In this document: positions 41,454 to 54,260 of the stretch, piece after piece
Layout of the letters: every line of letters starts with the position of its first letter
Numbering within the stretch: the stretch's first letter is position 1
Assembly (NCBI RefSeq): GCF_006345805.1
Contig: NC_043001.1
Span: 59,520,001-59,584,000 of the forward strand
Length of the DNA stretch: 64,000 bases
Source of the DNA: Octopus sinensis
Taxonomy: Eukaryota
Direction: 5' to 3'
Notes under the pieces: generated by a model
Databases searched by the model: none
What the model was told of the DNA's origin: nothing
Seen by the model: only the letters and a program-made list of their open reading frames with translations
Position numbers and translations under genes: made by a program

Positions 41454-41516
41454 ACCCTTCATCAGTTGTCAACTTTCTACCTACTCTTTATTTCGAGCAT
41501 TTAACGACAATATGAG
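41454..41516 (-). ncRNA. Candidate non-circularly permuted hammerhead (family B)
   Basis: Reverse complement: ctcat A ttgtcg ttaaat gctc GAAA taaa gagtaggtagaaagt tgacaa CTGATGA a gggt. The copy at 50586 has GAAA-tgag and cgacaa, restoring stems III and I. Confidence 0.55.
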
Positions 41517-44149
41517 TCTTCAAAGACCGTTGCTCCCATAGATTCCAAAATAAAAGTTAGGATTTATGGAGAGTGAATTAGAAATAGACGCTAATGTCTT
41601 TTCAACTACCATAAAAATCTTCGATACATTAACACACTTTTTTATGCAGATAAAAAGAAAAATGATGTATCCACTTCGGTTAACCACAGACGCGTTTCGA
41701 ATTTAAAGTGCGGTATTCCGAGTTATAAATTTGCGAGTGTTAGGATTCAATATGTATGCGATCAAGCATCATCGCATAACTAATATTCAACCGCACTCCC
41801 AAAAATATACAGTCGAATGTGATACATATTTATCTTTTATACCCACGTGTGTGTACGGCCTATCCCGAAGAAAAGATAACTGCCATTTCGATCATGGAGT
41901 AAATTACAATTTTAATAACAACAACAACAACAACAACAATAATAATAATGCTATTTAAATTATGCATATATATATTCTTTTAATCTGTTATTCTTTTATT
42001 TGTTTCAGTCATTTGACTGCGGCCATACTGGAGCACCGCCTTTAATCGAGCAAATCTATCCCAGGACTTATTCTTTGTAAGCCTAGTACTTATTCTATCG
42101 GTGTCTCTTGCCGAACCGCTAAATGACGGGGACGTAAACACACCAGCGAGCTCAGTACACTGTTGTGGAGCAACTTCTCGGTTTCTGTCGTGTCAACAAA
42201 CCTCTTGCCAGAATACTCGCTTCCAATAGCTGAAGCGTAGTCACTACATTTGGCCTTCTAGTGGAAGGAGAATCAGCCCTATTTCATTTATAAAACCGAG
42301 ACATGTGTAAATTGGAAAATAAGATTTAAAAACGCTTGCTTATTAATCTATGCAATAGAATCAAGCAGGCAACTACCCAGAACACAACTAACTTTTTATT
42401 TTTCTTAACCGAAAAATGTTGGTTTATCGTCTCAGATAAAGATGAGTCATTCTCAATTAAATGGATAAAATCTTATTTTAGAATCTAAAATGCTTCCTTA
42501 CAACGTTCATCTTTTTCGGCCCTTGCAAAGACTTTAGGCGCCTCACAGAAGCTGTTTCTGAGAGGCGTCTGGATTTTTTGGAATGTTGAAAAAGCGGTTC
42601 GTCCTTAATAATCATTTCAACGTCCAAAAGCATATATCACATTATCTAAATCTAAGTTTATCACAAGTAGAATCTACAATACACGAAAACGAGTTAACAT
42701 AAGTGAATGATCCTATATATGTACAATTGTAGAATTAGCATAAGGTTAGCTGGCTGAATTGTTAGTAGACCAGACAAAACACTTTGCGGTATTTTGTCCG
42801 TCTTTACGTTCTGAGTTCAAGTTCTGCTGTATTGTAACTAGAAATCTCTGTAGAATTATGTAGCAACTCCTTCTATTTTCAAGTACATATATCCGATCAC
42901 AAATAGTTTCTTCGTGAATATGGTCTTTAATGCAATGCAATTCTTCCAATTTTTTGAAAACTTTGTGACTAACAAGTATTACTCTAACATAAACTAGACG
43001 GATATAATTCTTCCTACTATAGGCACACGGCCTGAAAATTCTTAGGAAAGAGTCTAGTTGATAACATTGACCCCAGTATATGATTGGTACTTATTTTATC
43101 GACACCGAAAAGTCAACTTCGGCAGAACTTGAACTCGGAACGTAAAGACGACAAAATGCCGCAAAGTGTTTTGTCTGGTCTACTAACAATTCAGCCATGT
43201 ATAGGATCGTTCACTTATGTTTACTCGTTTTCGTTTATTGTAGATTCTACTTGTGATATATGCTTTTATTCTATTCTTCAGGAAACATTAAAACAGAAGT
43301 AAACTTTTAATTTCATTAATGCAGTTTTTAAAAAGTATACTTGTATATATAATGATATACATAGTTATAGATATGTCAGATTACATTTCGAAAACAGGTT
43401 GTTATAATGTTCAGCATTATCTGTAAATGGGTTGTGTAGATTTCTGTTTCATAGTATGAGGACCTATTTAATTTCAGCAGATTTATAGTTTATTAATGGT
43501 GATAGTTCGGTGGTGCAACGAATTTTGTGATTTTTATGTTTTTTTGTTTGTTTTTCCAGAGCCTTTTATACCTCTGCTTATTGTGTAGCTCTTACTGTAG
43601 CAAGTAAACCAAGAAAATGGTTTAATTTACAAAAAATGTTCATGCCAAACATCAACAACATCTATCTTATTGATGGGAGAGGACCTGTGTTTAGCACAAT
43701 TTGAACCTCTCATCGCTAGATCAGCCAAATCTTTTATAGATTCTTCAAAGTTATGTTTAAATATAACGTCAGAAATGCTAGCTTGCTTAATGTTTAGAAC
43801 CTAAATTACTATCGCTCATGAACACGTGATTACAGGACATTTGGACGGCGCTTCAGCTTTCTCAATGATAAGTAAAAGGTATTTCATCAGACGACAGATA
43901 TTCAGAATCAGTAGTCTTCATGATGATCTTTTGTGATACCTATTCATAGTTAAGTAAATAGAGAGTTGGAAGTTATAATATTCACGAATTGTACCAATTA
44001 CCCTGTCTTATATAAAAAGTTTGGGCATATTTTATCGTATTTGAATAAATCATATAACAGTAAGTCATTACAATTTAGAAGTGAAAATAAAACTATATAA
44101 GACTGAACATATCGATTTCACGAGAGAGAGAGAGAAAGTGTGTGTGGGT

Positions 44150-44162
44150 GCGTGTGTGTGTG

Positions 44163-44236
<74 letters not shown>
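44150..44236. repeat. (GT)n microsatellite
   Basis: Direct reading. Confidence 0.95.
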
Positions 44237-44237
<1 letters not shown>

Positions 44238-45439
44238 TGTGTGTCTGTGTACAAAGCACTGAAAGGCGAGGTTGGTGGTCTTTTAACCATACCAGTTTTT
44301 GAAACACGAATGAAAAATATCTTTGCAGATATTGTACCCCAACTTGATAGATATCGGTTTCTCTTGTACACATTAACATCTTAACTAAATGCATATGGAC
44401 TGCCGTTGTTAGTCATAGCAAAAAGTGATTGTAGTTTAGGCACACGTGACAGAATTACTGAACCATGTTTCAATTTTATATTTCATGAGTTTATTGAAAG
44501 CGTAAAATTTAGCAGTGAATTATGTATGAACTCTGGCATGATCATATCTAATATAGCTGTGAGATATACTTTGATCTACATCTACCTTTATGATTTTTCA
44601 GAAACAACATTTTATATGATTGATTCTATTGATTGATTCTAGTTTCAGCTCACGAGCTGTGGCCATGCTGGGGCACCGCCATATAAAGAAAACTTTTAAA
44701 TATCGTATTTATTATATTAGACCTACGCTAACCTATTAGCATAGCTTATGACAAATAAAAATAAATATTCATTTGAAATAATTTTTGTAGTCTAGGAAAA
44801 TTTAACTCACTTTAATGACTGTATTGCACACGAAGATTATTGGTAAACACTAATAATCTTGGTGCGCAATACGTAGTTCATCTTCAGTTTATAACACAGC
44901 GGCAAATCTTCAGACGATCTTCTTGCTGCTATTTATAAATCAAATACGGACGACAGCTTTAGTAATATTTTGATTATATTATGAGCTTATAACCAAAATC
45001 TTGTCCAGTGTACTTATCTAAGCGAGAATTATTAAGCATATGTACAAGTATTTACATACACAAATATTTGTCCTTTAAATATATTATTTTTCAGATAAGA
45101 AACTAGTTTTGCACGCAAGAAAACATTACCTAATTTATCATTCAAAGAATAGACAAAAATGATGGAGCATCATGCAAAATATATTGTTTGTATATATATT
45201 TAGATACGTTGCATGTGGCCATTTCTCCAGGTTTAGGTGAAATAATTACAATTAATGAATATCCTTCATTGTCAAAGGACTATAACTTGCTCTTGGAAGT
45301 TATATATCAGTGCAATAATAACAGTGCAGTAATATGTTACACGAGATAAATTTAACTCTTCTATTGGTCACAATCTGAAATGAAATTTAAATTTACCTCT
45401 TACAGTGAAGAAGTAAATTGGATCTAAATTGCATTAAAA

Positions 45440-45830
45440 ATTCGTGTGCAGTACGGAATTCCGTTTCAGTCCATAACACAGGACAGCAAATCTCCCAACT
45501 ATCTTCTTGCTGCCTTGTACAAACTTGAGGTGAACAAGATAGAATGTCCTATAGCTTTGAACATCAAAGTAACCTTTGACACACTTCGACTCAACAGAAT
45601 GTGCGCTAGGCTGAAATTCAAGGTGATACACGGAAACATTGCTAAGTTGGCAACCAAACGCCAACGGGAGATTCACAAAGGGTGTATTTTCATGTCAACA
45701 CTTTAACCATTATTTTTAAAATGAATCTGTCTTAATACCTGAAACCTGTATTACCCCAACTGTCTACACATACCTTAGTCAACACCTACTGGAACAATCA
45801 TGCTGACTGTATTACGCACACAAAACAAAA
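45440..45830 (+). mobile_element. Very old LINE (CR1/L2-like) reverse transcriptase fragment
   Basis: IALNIKVTFDTLRLNRMCARLKFKVIHG resembles the (I)ALDIKGAFD.VWH.GL..KL...GI.G RT segment. Confidence 0.55.
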
Positions 45831-46409
45831 TGAATGCTGTTGTGACTGGTTGAATCAGAGACCCTGATAGTATGAGTGCCATGTGGACAAACGATTTCAA
45901 GTAATATTTGGCAAATTAGCCCAAAAAGATGAGTCAGGTTTAGAATACAAAAAGTCGTATAATTCTGGAATAAGCTTTTCTGTGCTGGACAAATACCTCG
46001 AAAATCATGACTCACTTAACGCTTCGCAGCCTCAACAAGGACCATTCAATTTCTGAAATTTGGTAGAGTAATTTTTGCGAGACAAATACGTATTAACATT
46101 TGTATCAATGAAGACAAGCCGCTGCTGCAAAATTCCCGTAACGGGGCAGAGAAAACACAGCTCATCAGGACTCGGAGAAATTCTAAAGTAGCCAAATGAC
46201 AAATGTCATTAAAAAAAGATAATAATCAAAGATATATCAATGCATTTGCATGTTTTCTCAGAACGATATGTCAAAGCCTAAATTCTTGGCATGCGCTTTC
46301 TGCACTCTTCTACTAGAATTTGGGAATAATTTTCAGTGATTGTTGAGATACAAGCTTCGAAAGTTCATGTGCGGAAAGTTCTCTCCTCCGTTATTGACAC
46401 TTAAGCGAT

Positions 46410-46494
46410 CGGATTAACGAATCGGATTGACCAATCAGATTGACCAATCGGATTAACCAATCGAATGAACCAATCCGACTAGCCATTCGGATTT
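46410..46494. repeat. 13-bp minisatellite, consensus cggattgaccaat, about 6.5 copies
   Basis: cggattaacgaat cggattgaccaat cagattgaccaat cggattaaccaat cgaatgaaccaat ccgactagccatt cggattt. Confidence 0.85.
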
Positions 46495-47677
46495 GTCTGA
46501 GAAAATGTTTAACCAATCGGATATGTCCGACTATAAATGTTCTCAAACTGAAAGGCCTAAAATTTTGATTAGATACTGGCATTTTGTTATACCACAAGAG
46601 TTTTGAGACTGAGGTTGTAGAACTCATATACTTGTCGAAGTTCCCAGCTGCGTAACTTAAATATTATTGCTCGAAAATATATAGCGTTTGTGCCTTGTTT
46701 ATACACCAAATTTACTACGAAAGTTCCCTACACGAAGCCTAGTGTTGAAAAGCACCTGAATGTCACAGACTAGTCAAGATAACGCAGCTCAGAATCATCG
46801 AGAATAGTAGATACCAATATTTCCCCACTATCTGGCTTGTCAATATCATGTGCTTGCATCATCTCGAAACGAAGTGGATCGTTGTTCTATGATTTATATG
46901 CAAATAAAGTGAAGACTATTTACTGATATGCTATTTACTTTCAATTCCTAATATAACTTTGGTGATTTAATTAGAATTGAGATGGGACAAGCTTTCATGC
47001 ATTTTGCCATTCTTCAATTCCTTTTCTTTTTTTAAATCAATTCTTATGTACGCGGAGACATGGCTGTGTGGTAAGAAATATCCTTCCCAACCACATGACT
47101 CTGGTTTCAACTACATTGCATTAACATTTTGTAAGTGTTCTCTACCATAACTTCAGGACTACTATATATATATATATATATATATATTTGAAAACAGTTT
47201 GATCCAAATTCGTTGATACTAAGAGTTTCAAGCGTGATGCTAATCATCAGTTATTTTGAATTTGAAGGAGATAAGTTGATTGTTATTACCGCAAGGCGGG
47301 CTGTGATTGGTCGAGGAAGGTCACGCGTTGTCGCAGTTTAATGTGGTATATCATTGACAACAGTTACTTGGAAAACATTGCATATTAAACAGGAAATCGA
47401 CCCAATGAGGGACAGGAAATCGCGTGGTTGGAGGGGGAGTAGAAAGAGGCGGTGTGTACAAGAATATACATGTATATCTGAGTGTGAACGGGCTTATACG
47501 GTATCGCGTGTATATCTGCATTTATGCGAATGTACGTATGAGTTCATGAGTGTGCATGCACAACGCCCACACAGACTCACACTCATAACACATGTATATG
47601 AACGAATATGCGCGCGGATGGGTACACATGCACACGTGGGCACGTACATACACCTATACACATATATGTGTGTACAT

Positions 47678-47743
<66 letters not shown>

Positions 47744-47754
<11 letters not shown>

Positions 47755-47926
47755 AATTAGAGACAAAACTACTATTATGCAAAGAAAGACTTAAGCCAAT
47801 ACATAAAATAATTTATATAAATTTAGAAATTTAACAATTATAATTGTTAAATTTCTATGTATTGGCTTAAGTCTTTCTTTGTTTGATTTGCATAATAGTG
47901 GTTTTGTCTCTAATTTATATAATATA
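47744..47926. repeat. Large interrupted palindrome with a perfect 32-bp centre (47825-47856)
   Basis: aaattagagacaaaactactattatgcaaa / tttgcataatagtggttttgtctctaattt; gaaagacttaagccaatacata / atgtattggcttaagtctttc; agaaatttaacaatta|taattgttaaatttct. Confidence 0.9.
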
Positions 47927-48010
47927 ATATTTGACTATAAAATTGGATTCAATCCTAAATCTGATTTTTCCCTGTAAATTTGGATTTATTCCCTAATATT
48001 TATTATTATA

Positions 48011-48051
<41 letters not shown>

Positions 48052-48329
48052 CTCAATACGCCTGTATGTGTATACACACATACAGGCGTATTCAGATATG
48101 TACTCATGTATATTCACGTACACGTGGATATGAATGCGCGTGCATATGTATACTCACGTGCGTGTAAATGTATGAGCGCACTTGGGCATAACAAGCGTTG
48201 GGGACTGGTAATTTGTGGTCCTACTCATGGAGACTGGTTGATGATGGTGACCTTGGTAGCAGCTGGTATTAACGTGGTATATGCGGGTTGTCGTCGTGAA
48301 AGCGGTTGAAATTCGCCAGAAGTGCATAC

Positions 48330-48870
48330 CTCTGGTGACAGCAATAAGATAGATCGTATTTCTTGTTGACGGATACTGTGCACGTGATTCTCTCTATTAA
48401 TGTGGGTAGCTAGCTCCTTTGCTTTTGTAGTTATGTCATTTTGTGTGGGATTATGGGTCTTCTTGTATGTTTTGGTGATGGCGGTTGTAAGAAATCTTGA
48501 GTGTGTTGAAGTGTTTATTTCGTAAATGTTCTTTGCTACATCTGCGAGGGTGTGTAGTTCGAGTGATTGCTTAATACTGGTCACATAGTCATTTAAGGAT
48601 TTCAGAAAGGAGTTAGAATAATGCCAAAACTTTACCTTCTTTACAATGTTTCATAGGTCAGTCTTGAAGTTCTCAAGGTCCTTCATACGTGGGAAGCACT
48701 TTCGGGGTTGGAAGCCAAACTTATCCGTAGATGTTGCAGTGGATGGATTCTCGTGGAAGAAAGGCTACCAGTACATGCGTTTGATGATTGTGTTCGTGTG
48801 TCTTTGTGTTTGACCCCCAACTCTGCTTGAAAACTGGTGTTGATTTCTTTATGTACCTTTAAACTATCGG
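48330..48870 (-). mobile_element. Penelope-like element, N-terminal/pre-RT fragment
   Basis: KFGFQPRKCFPRMKDLENFKTDL*NIVKKVKF..ITKTYKKT..KAKELA, typical of the region preceding the PLE RT. Confidence 0.65.
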
Positions 48871-50393
48871 TTCGGCATAAGGCAACAACAAAATAATACC
48901 AGGCTTAAAAGTAAAAGAGAATAAAATGTGAACTAGGATTAATGAGGGAAGTATATCAATTGTTGGAATAACAGCCGAATATTCCCGTACTTTCATCCTA
49001 ACTTTTATAGAAGAATACCTATTTGATTAATACAGTACTAGATTTATTAGAACAGCTAGAAGTGTTAGAATATATACAAACATACATACATATATATATA
49101 TATATATGGCCGCGGTTGCTCTCGATCACACGAGAACACGAGGATAAAATATGAAAGCATATAACTGGCGTTTATGCTAAAGGTATTTGATTTTGAAATA
49201 ATATTGTAAAGGCTCATAAATACACAAAGTTTATTCGTATCCTTTTGAAGAGCTCGACTTTAAGAAGGCTGAAAAAGGGAGTTAGTATGTATTCACGAGA
49301 CACTGGAGTAAAATATATTATTCAGTGTTGCTGATGTTATTTCCAATGACCACCCTCTGTAAAAGCCTAAATGTTAATGACTATTTTGTTAAAGACAATA
49401 TAAACTGATATACAAATGTGCTGATAGATATATTGACCTCATCTCCTGATGTATAATTTCAGAAGAATATGAAAGCATACTCATGGAAAATAATTACGTA
49501 CCACGTTTTAATACGTATAGTTATCAATACAGTTATATATACTTATTCATAACCTTTGCTCTATCGATATTCCATAATTTCTATTTTCGATACATGTTTT
49601 ACTGAGTTTTACTTTTAAAAGCAGAGGAATTTTAAGTAAACATATACCTATGCATTTACTGTTTTAACGAATGCGAACACTGTCAAAGTAACTCAGGAAA
49701 AGCATTCTGTGTACCAAAATATGGACAGAAACTTTAACAAAATGACGTTTGTTTAAAAGTTTTCCAAAGAAGACAGAAATTAATTTCATGTTCAGTCCCT
49801 CATGATAAGATAATGGAAAAACAATAAGAAAGCAATAATTGTTCTTGATATTTCTATTCGATTGATTAGTGGTTGGTTGACAGATGGTCGGGATTAGCTT
49901 GTTGGAAATTCAATAAAATTAACAATGTGTAATTGAATAATGACCTCGTTAAAACACAAGGGATGTGGTAGGATGTACAACAGTTATTTCGTAAACATAA
50001 CTTTTGATATTCCAATATGTTTGTATTATTTTCGTTACAATTGAAGAAAAAGGAAAAAAAAAGGAAAAAAACACGTAATTTCTGAAGAAAAATAATTTTT
50101 ACGTTTAACACAGTTAATAAAAGCTGATCAATAACGTTACTTTTGTGTTTGCCATGTAGAGTTTAATTTCTCGTCAACATAATTTCTTGTCAGGTTTAAT
50201 CTAATATTCTTACAGAATCAATAGTTGACAACAATATCGACAATAGCACAACAGATAATATGAGAATAAAAGGAAGAAAATAAGAATTACACGTAAACTT
50301 ATAAATACAACGCATACATAAAAAAGCAATGTATGTGTGTGTGCGTGTGTGTGTATATATATTAAATTTTAGATTCTTATATATTTAATTATG

Positions 50394-50428
<35 letters not shown>

Positions 50429-50585
50429 ATGCATATATACTTATACATATACATACAATATATATATATATATATGTATGTATATATATATATATACATA
50501 CATATATACATATATATGTATATACATATACATACATGTATATACATATATATGTAAGTTTATAGGTATATATATATATATGGAT

Positions 50586-50630
50586 GCTCGAAATGAGGAG
50601 TAGATAGACAGCCGACAACTGGTGAAGGGT
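50586..50630 (+). ncRNA. 5'-truncated copy of the family B rearranged hammerhead
   Basis: gctc GAAA tgag gagtagatagacagc cgacaa CTGGTGA a gggt, directly after (TA)n; the substrate strand is missing. Confidence 0.45.
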
Positions 50631-50762
50631 TCTTTCTCTATGTTTACAAATGTTTTCCATTTTCACTCTCGTTGTTTACGTATTTAACACGTTTGTTTAC
50701 CTATTTCATGTTGTTTGCGCAGTTGGTGACGTCCTGAAGCCATATATGCATATACATATATA

Positions 50763-50801
<39 letters not shown>

Positions 50802-50862
50802 CATATATATATATGTGTATATATATGTGTGTGTGTTTATATAAACACACACACACACACAT

Positions 50863-50920
<58 letters not shown>

Positions 50921-51099
50921 TATATATACATACATATATATATATATGTGTATATATATATGTGTGTGTGTTTATATAAACACACATATATATATATATG
51001 CGTGTTTCTATCTGTATATGTATGTATGTATATGTATATATGAGTTTCCCAGACAAATTCTTTCTTCCATTTATTTTAATCATTATTTTTAATTAATTT

Positions 51100-52110
51100 T
51101 AACGATTCGGTTAACACATTCTCCTTCATTATTCACGCCATCTTTCCAACTTTCCAATACTTTGCTAGTGCTTTGATGAGAAATCACTGGTCTTGACTAG
51201 AATGATTTTTTCAGCCGTGATTTCAGTTTCACTTCGTATGGGTTTCAAAAGCAAAACGCCCAGCAGATATTTGGAGGGAAATCGAAAAACGTAATAATCG
51301 AAAATGCGTTATAACTGGAAAATGCATTGGTGCTACCCAGTCGATCAGTTGAATAGCAGCTGTGGTTAAATTAGCGACGAGGTGGCGAGTGTTGGCGTGT
51401 TGAATAAGCAGGCAGTGACACCCGTCAGTTCGTTTCAGCCCGGTTTTCTCAAAGTTCCTTTGCATTTGCTGAATGTAAAGCTCTGCATTGGCAGTAGTTG
51501 TATTAAAACATATCATAGTTGATTATTCTTTCCCAGCCCTACCTTGTGCATATCATTGTTTTGCATGGATAGAACTCTGTCTTGCTTCGAGACTGGGCTG
51601 GCTTTTCGGGAGTCACCAATTGTTTTCTTAGCGTTATATTGAAGTAAAGACTCTCTTTTTCGTCGCCGGTGACTACAGGGTAAAACAATCTCTGGGCTCA
51701 TGAATACCCTGGTGCCGAGCGAACAAACTGATGACAATCGAAGAACGCTGGTGTTTCTCACTTTCTTTCATAGCGTGTGGAACCCATGCACTCAGTTTTA
51801 GGATCCTAACCATCAGGTGAAGATGACGGTCGATAGTAACATGGAAGTATTCCATCTGCTGGATCAATTCCTTATAGACCAAACTTGGATCCTGGTGGAC
51901 AAGATGGTTCCATCGATTCTCATTGGACCAAGCAGATCGGCTGGAATACTAAATGTCGGGAGATAGAATTTTCTCTTCTTGAAGCGTGAAAACCAATTTT
52001 GTACCGTTATTGCAATACTAGTGATTTCCCCCTTTACAGAACAAATGACTCGAGCGAATTTGGCAGCTTTGTAAACTTCATTGAAAGCAGGTAACACAAA
52101 GGGTCGAAAA
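51100..52110 (-). mobile_element. Decayed mariner transposase
   Basis: KLSAWVPHAM (WVPHEL motif), LLIQHANTRHL (HDNARPH), NWFSRFK (HTH region). Confidence 0.75.
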
Positions 52111-52636
52111 CGCTAATTTGTCTCTTTCTAATTAACTGTCCATTTCCTCTTCCTGCCCCAAACACACCTCTCACATGCACACAAGCATACATACACATAT
52201 AACCACATCGGAATAATCATAAACATTGTCCTTTTGAATACATTTAATACGTACGCTACGTAGATATGTAAGGTAACATATACATAACAATTGGACATCT
52301 TCTGCTAATGTGTATTGCACCAAAGCATACTACTGAATATAGATACATTATATATATATATATATATAACATACTGGGAGAAAGGAAATAAACGAAACGA
52401 AACGACGCGAAGGCGCTCAGTCATACAATAATGTAATAAATAAAATATACGCATACATACATATATGTACGAACCTACATCTACATGTATATATGCATGC
52501 ATATATAAATATATATATGTGAGTACAGGACACCACAAATAGACGTAGAACTCAACGAGAAACGAAAACATAAAAACAGAGGATGGATTTTTTTTAACAA
52601 CGAAAAAACAGAACACAGGACAACACAAGGAACATT

Positions 52637-52699
52637 CCCCTTCATCAGCTGTCCCCGGTTCGACTCCATGCGTGTTTCGAAGGTAAGGACAGAACACGC
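52637..52699 (-). ncRNA. Candidate non-circularly permuted hammerhead ribozyme (family A), complete
   Basis: Reverse complement: gcgtgt T ctgtcc ttac cttc GAAA cacgc atggagtcgaaccgg ggacag CTGATGA a gggg. Stems III and I are perfect 6-bp helices; stem II has 4 bp with two G-U pairs. Confidence 0.65.
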
Positions 52700-53132
52700 T
52701 CGTCGGACCGGTCCTTCCTGCGAGGGAATTAAATAAAATTCCCTTGCAGAGGGGTAAAAACAAGGAAAGAAAAAAATGTGACAAGAACAGGACGTAAAAG
52801 CAATACAAATGAAAATACAAATAAAAATACAAATAAAAATACGAATACAAAATAAAAATACAAATATAAAAAAATACAGTACACATAAAGAATAAAAGCA
52901 GGACAAAAAAAACAAACATTCAGGGCATATATATAAATATACGCATACGCATATGCATACAGGATTTTATTCTTTTAAAATTATTCTAGATCTGGCTCTG
53001 TCAAAAATATCTAAATATATGCATACGCATACACACATGTATATAAACTATTTATGTATGTGTGCATAAACACATGGGCAAGAGTACACTGACATAAACG
53101 CTATCACACATCAAAGAATACACTAACACCTA

Positions 53133-53198
<66 letters not shown>

Positions 53199-53539
53199 CT
53201 TTATATACTTGAATGAAAAACTAAAGCAGAATGTCTCCATTTTTATTCATTTATATGAAAAGTGTTAAAATGGTGCTTTTAACATTGGTTACATTGCCTG
53301 GGTGAATACTTTTGGTAGATTTCTAAACCTTTACTCAATTCTGTAAAACAATATCTAAGAGACGTATTAGGTAGGCAAAATATCATGTAGCATTTTTGAT
53401 GCGATCACCTTGAAAGTACTTTTTCAAGATAGTACATTAAACATTAAAGTTAAAATTCTAATGCATTTATTCTGATTAGAAAGCAGTTCTGTTCAACATA
53501 CTCTCCAATCATAAAACACATTCATAGACTAGAGAAAAT

Positions 53540-54260
53540 GTCTAAACTTGGTTTGTGGGTCCATTTTGATTAGACTACGTCTCAGTTTAATCATAGATTT
53601 TCCCTCTGTTTGTCATTCAGGCGTAGACATGTTACTGAACTATTCATGGGTGTAATTATCAGAAGTTATGAAACATTGGTTGTCTACAACAATATCCAGC
53701 GAAAACAATAATGGATGGCTTCTCATGAAAAGGCGAATCTATCTTCAAACCAGGACTGCAACCGCACGAAGTTATGCTTTGTATCTAGTGGGATACGAAG
53801 AGTATCTTGTATCATGAAGTGTTAAACAAAAACGAAACAGCTAATGTGGAGATTAATTGTGGTCAACTGAAAGTATTGACCCACCATAGGGCAATCTGAT
53901 ATAATAATGCAGGATTACATATTGCTCAAGTTTTCCAGAAAAAAATATGGCACTGGATATGGACGTTTTGCTTCATCCAGTTTACTCTGCTGACCTTCAG
54001 CTATTTAATTATTGGAATTTTATTTAGAGGGAAAACCATTTATTAATTGTGAAGAGTTTTAAAACGATATTGAGTGCTTCTTTGCTTCGAAACCTGAAGA
54101 CTCTAACGTCTGAGATGTCAACAATTTGCAAAATGGATAGGACGATGTTATCAATAATGAGGGGAATTATTATCTTCACTAACTATACTAATTAAGACGA
54201 AAGAAGTATTTCTTTCTTTCTCATCTTGAAATATGAGAGAACCGCTTTTGCAACAAATGT
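53540..54260 (+). mobile_element. Decayed mariner transposase
   Basis: KVMLCI*WD and DVLLHPVYSADL (HPPYSPDL) remnants, with many stops. Confidence 0.7.
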
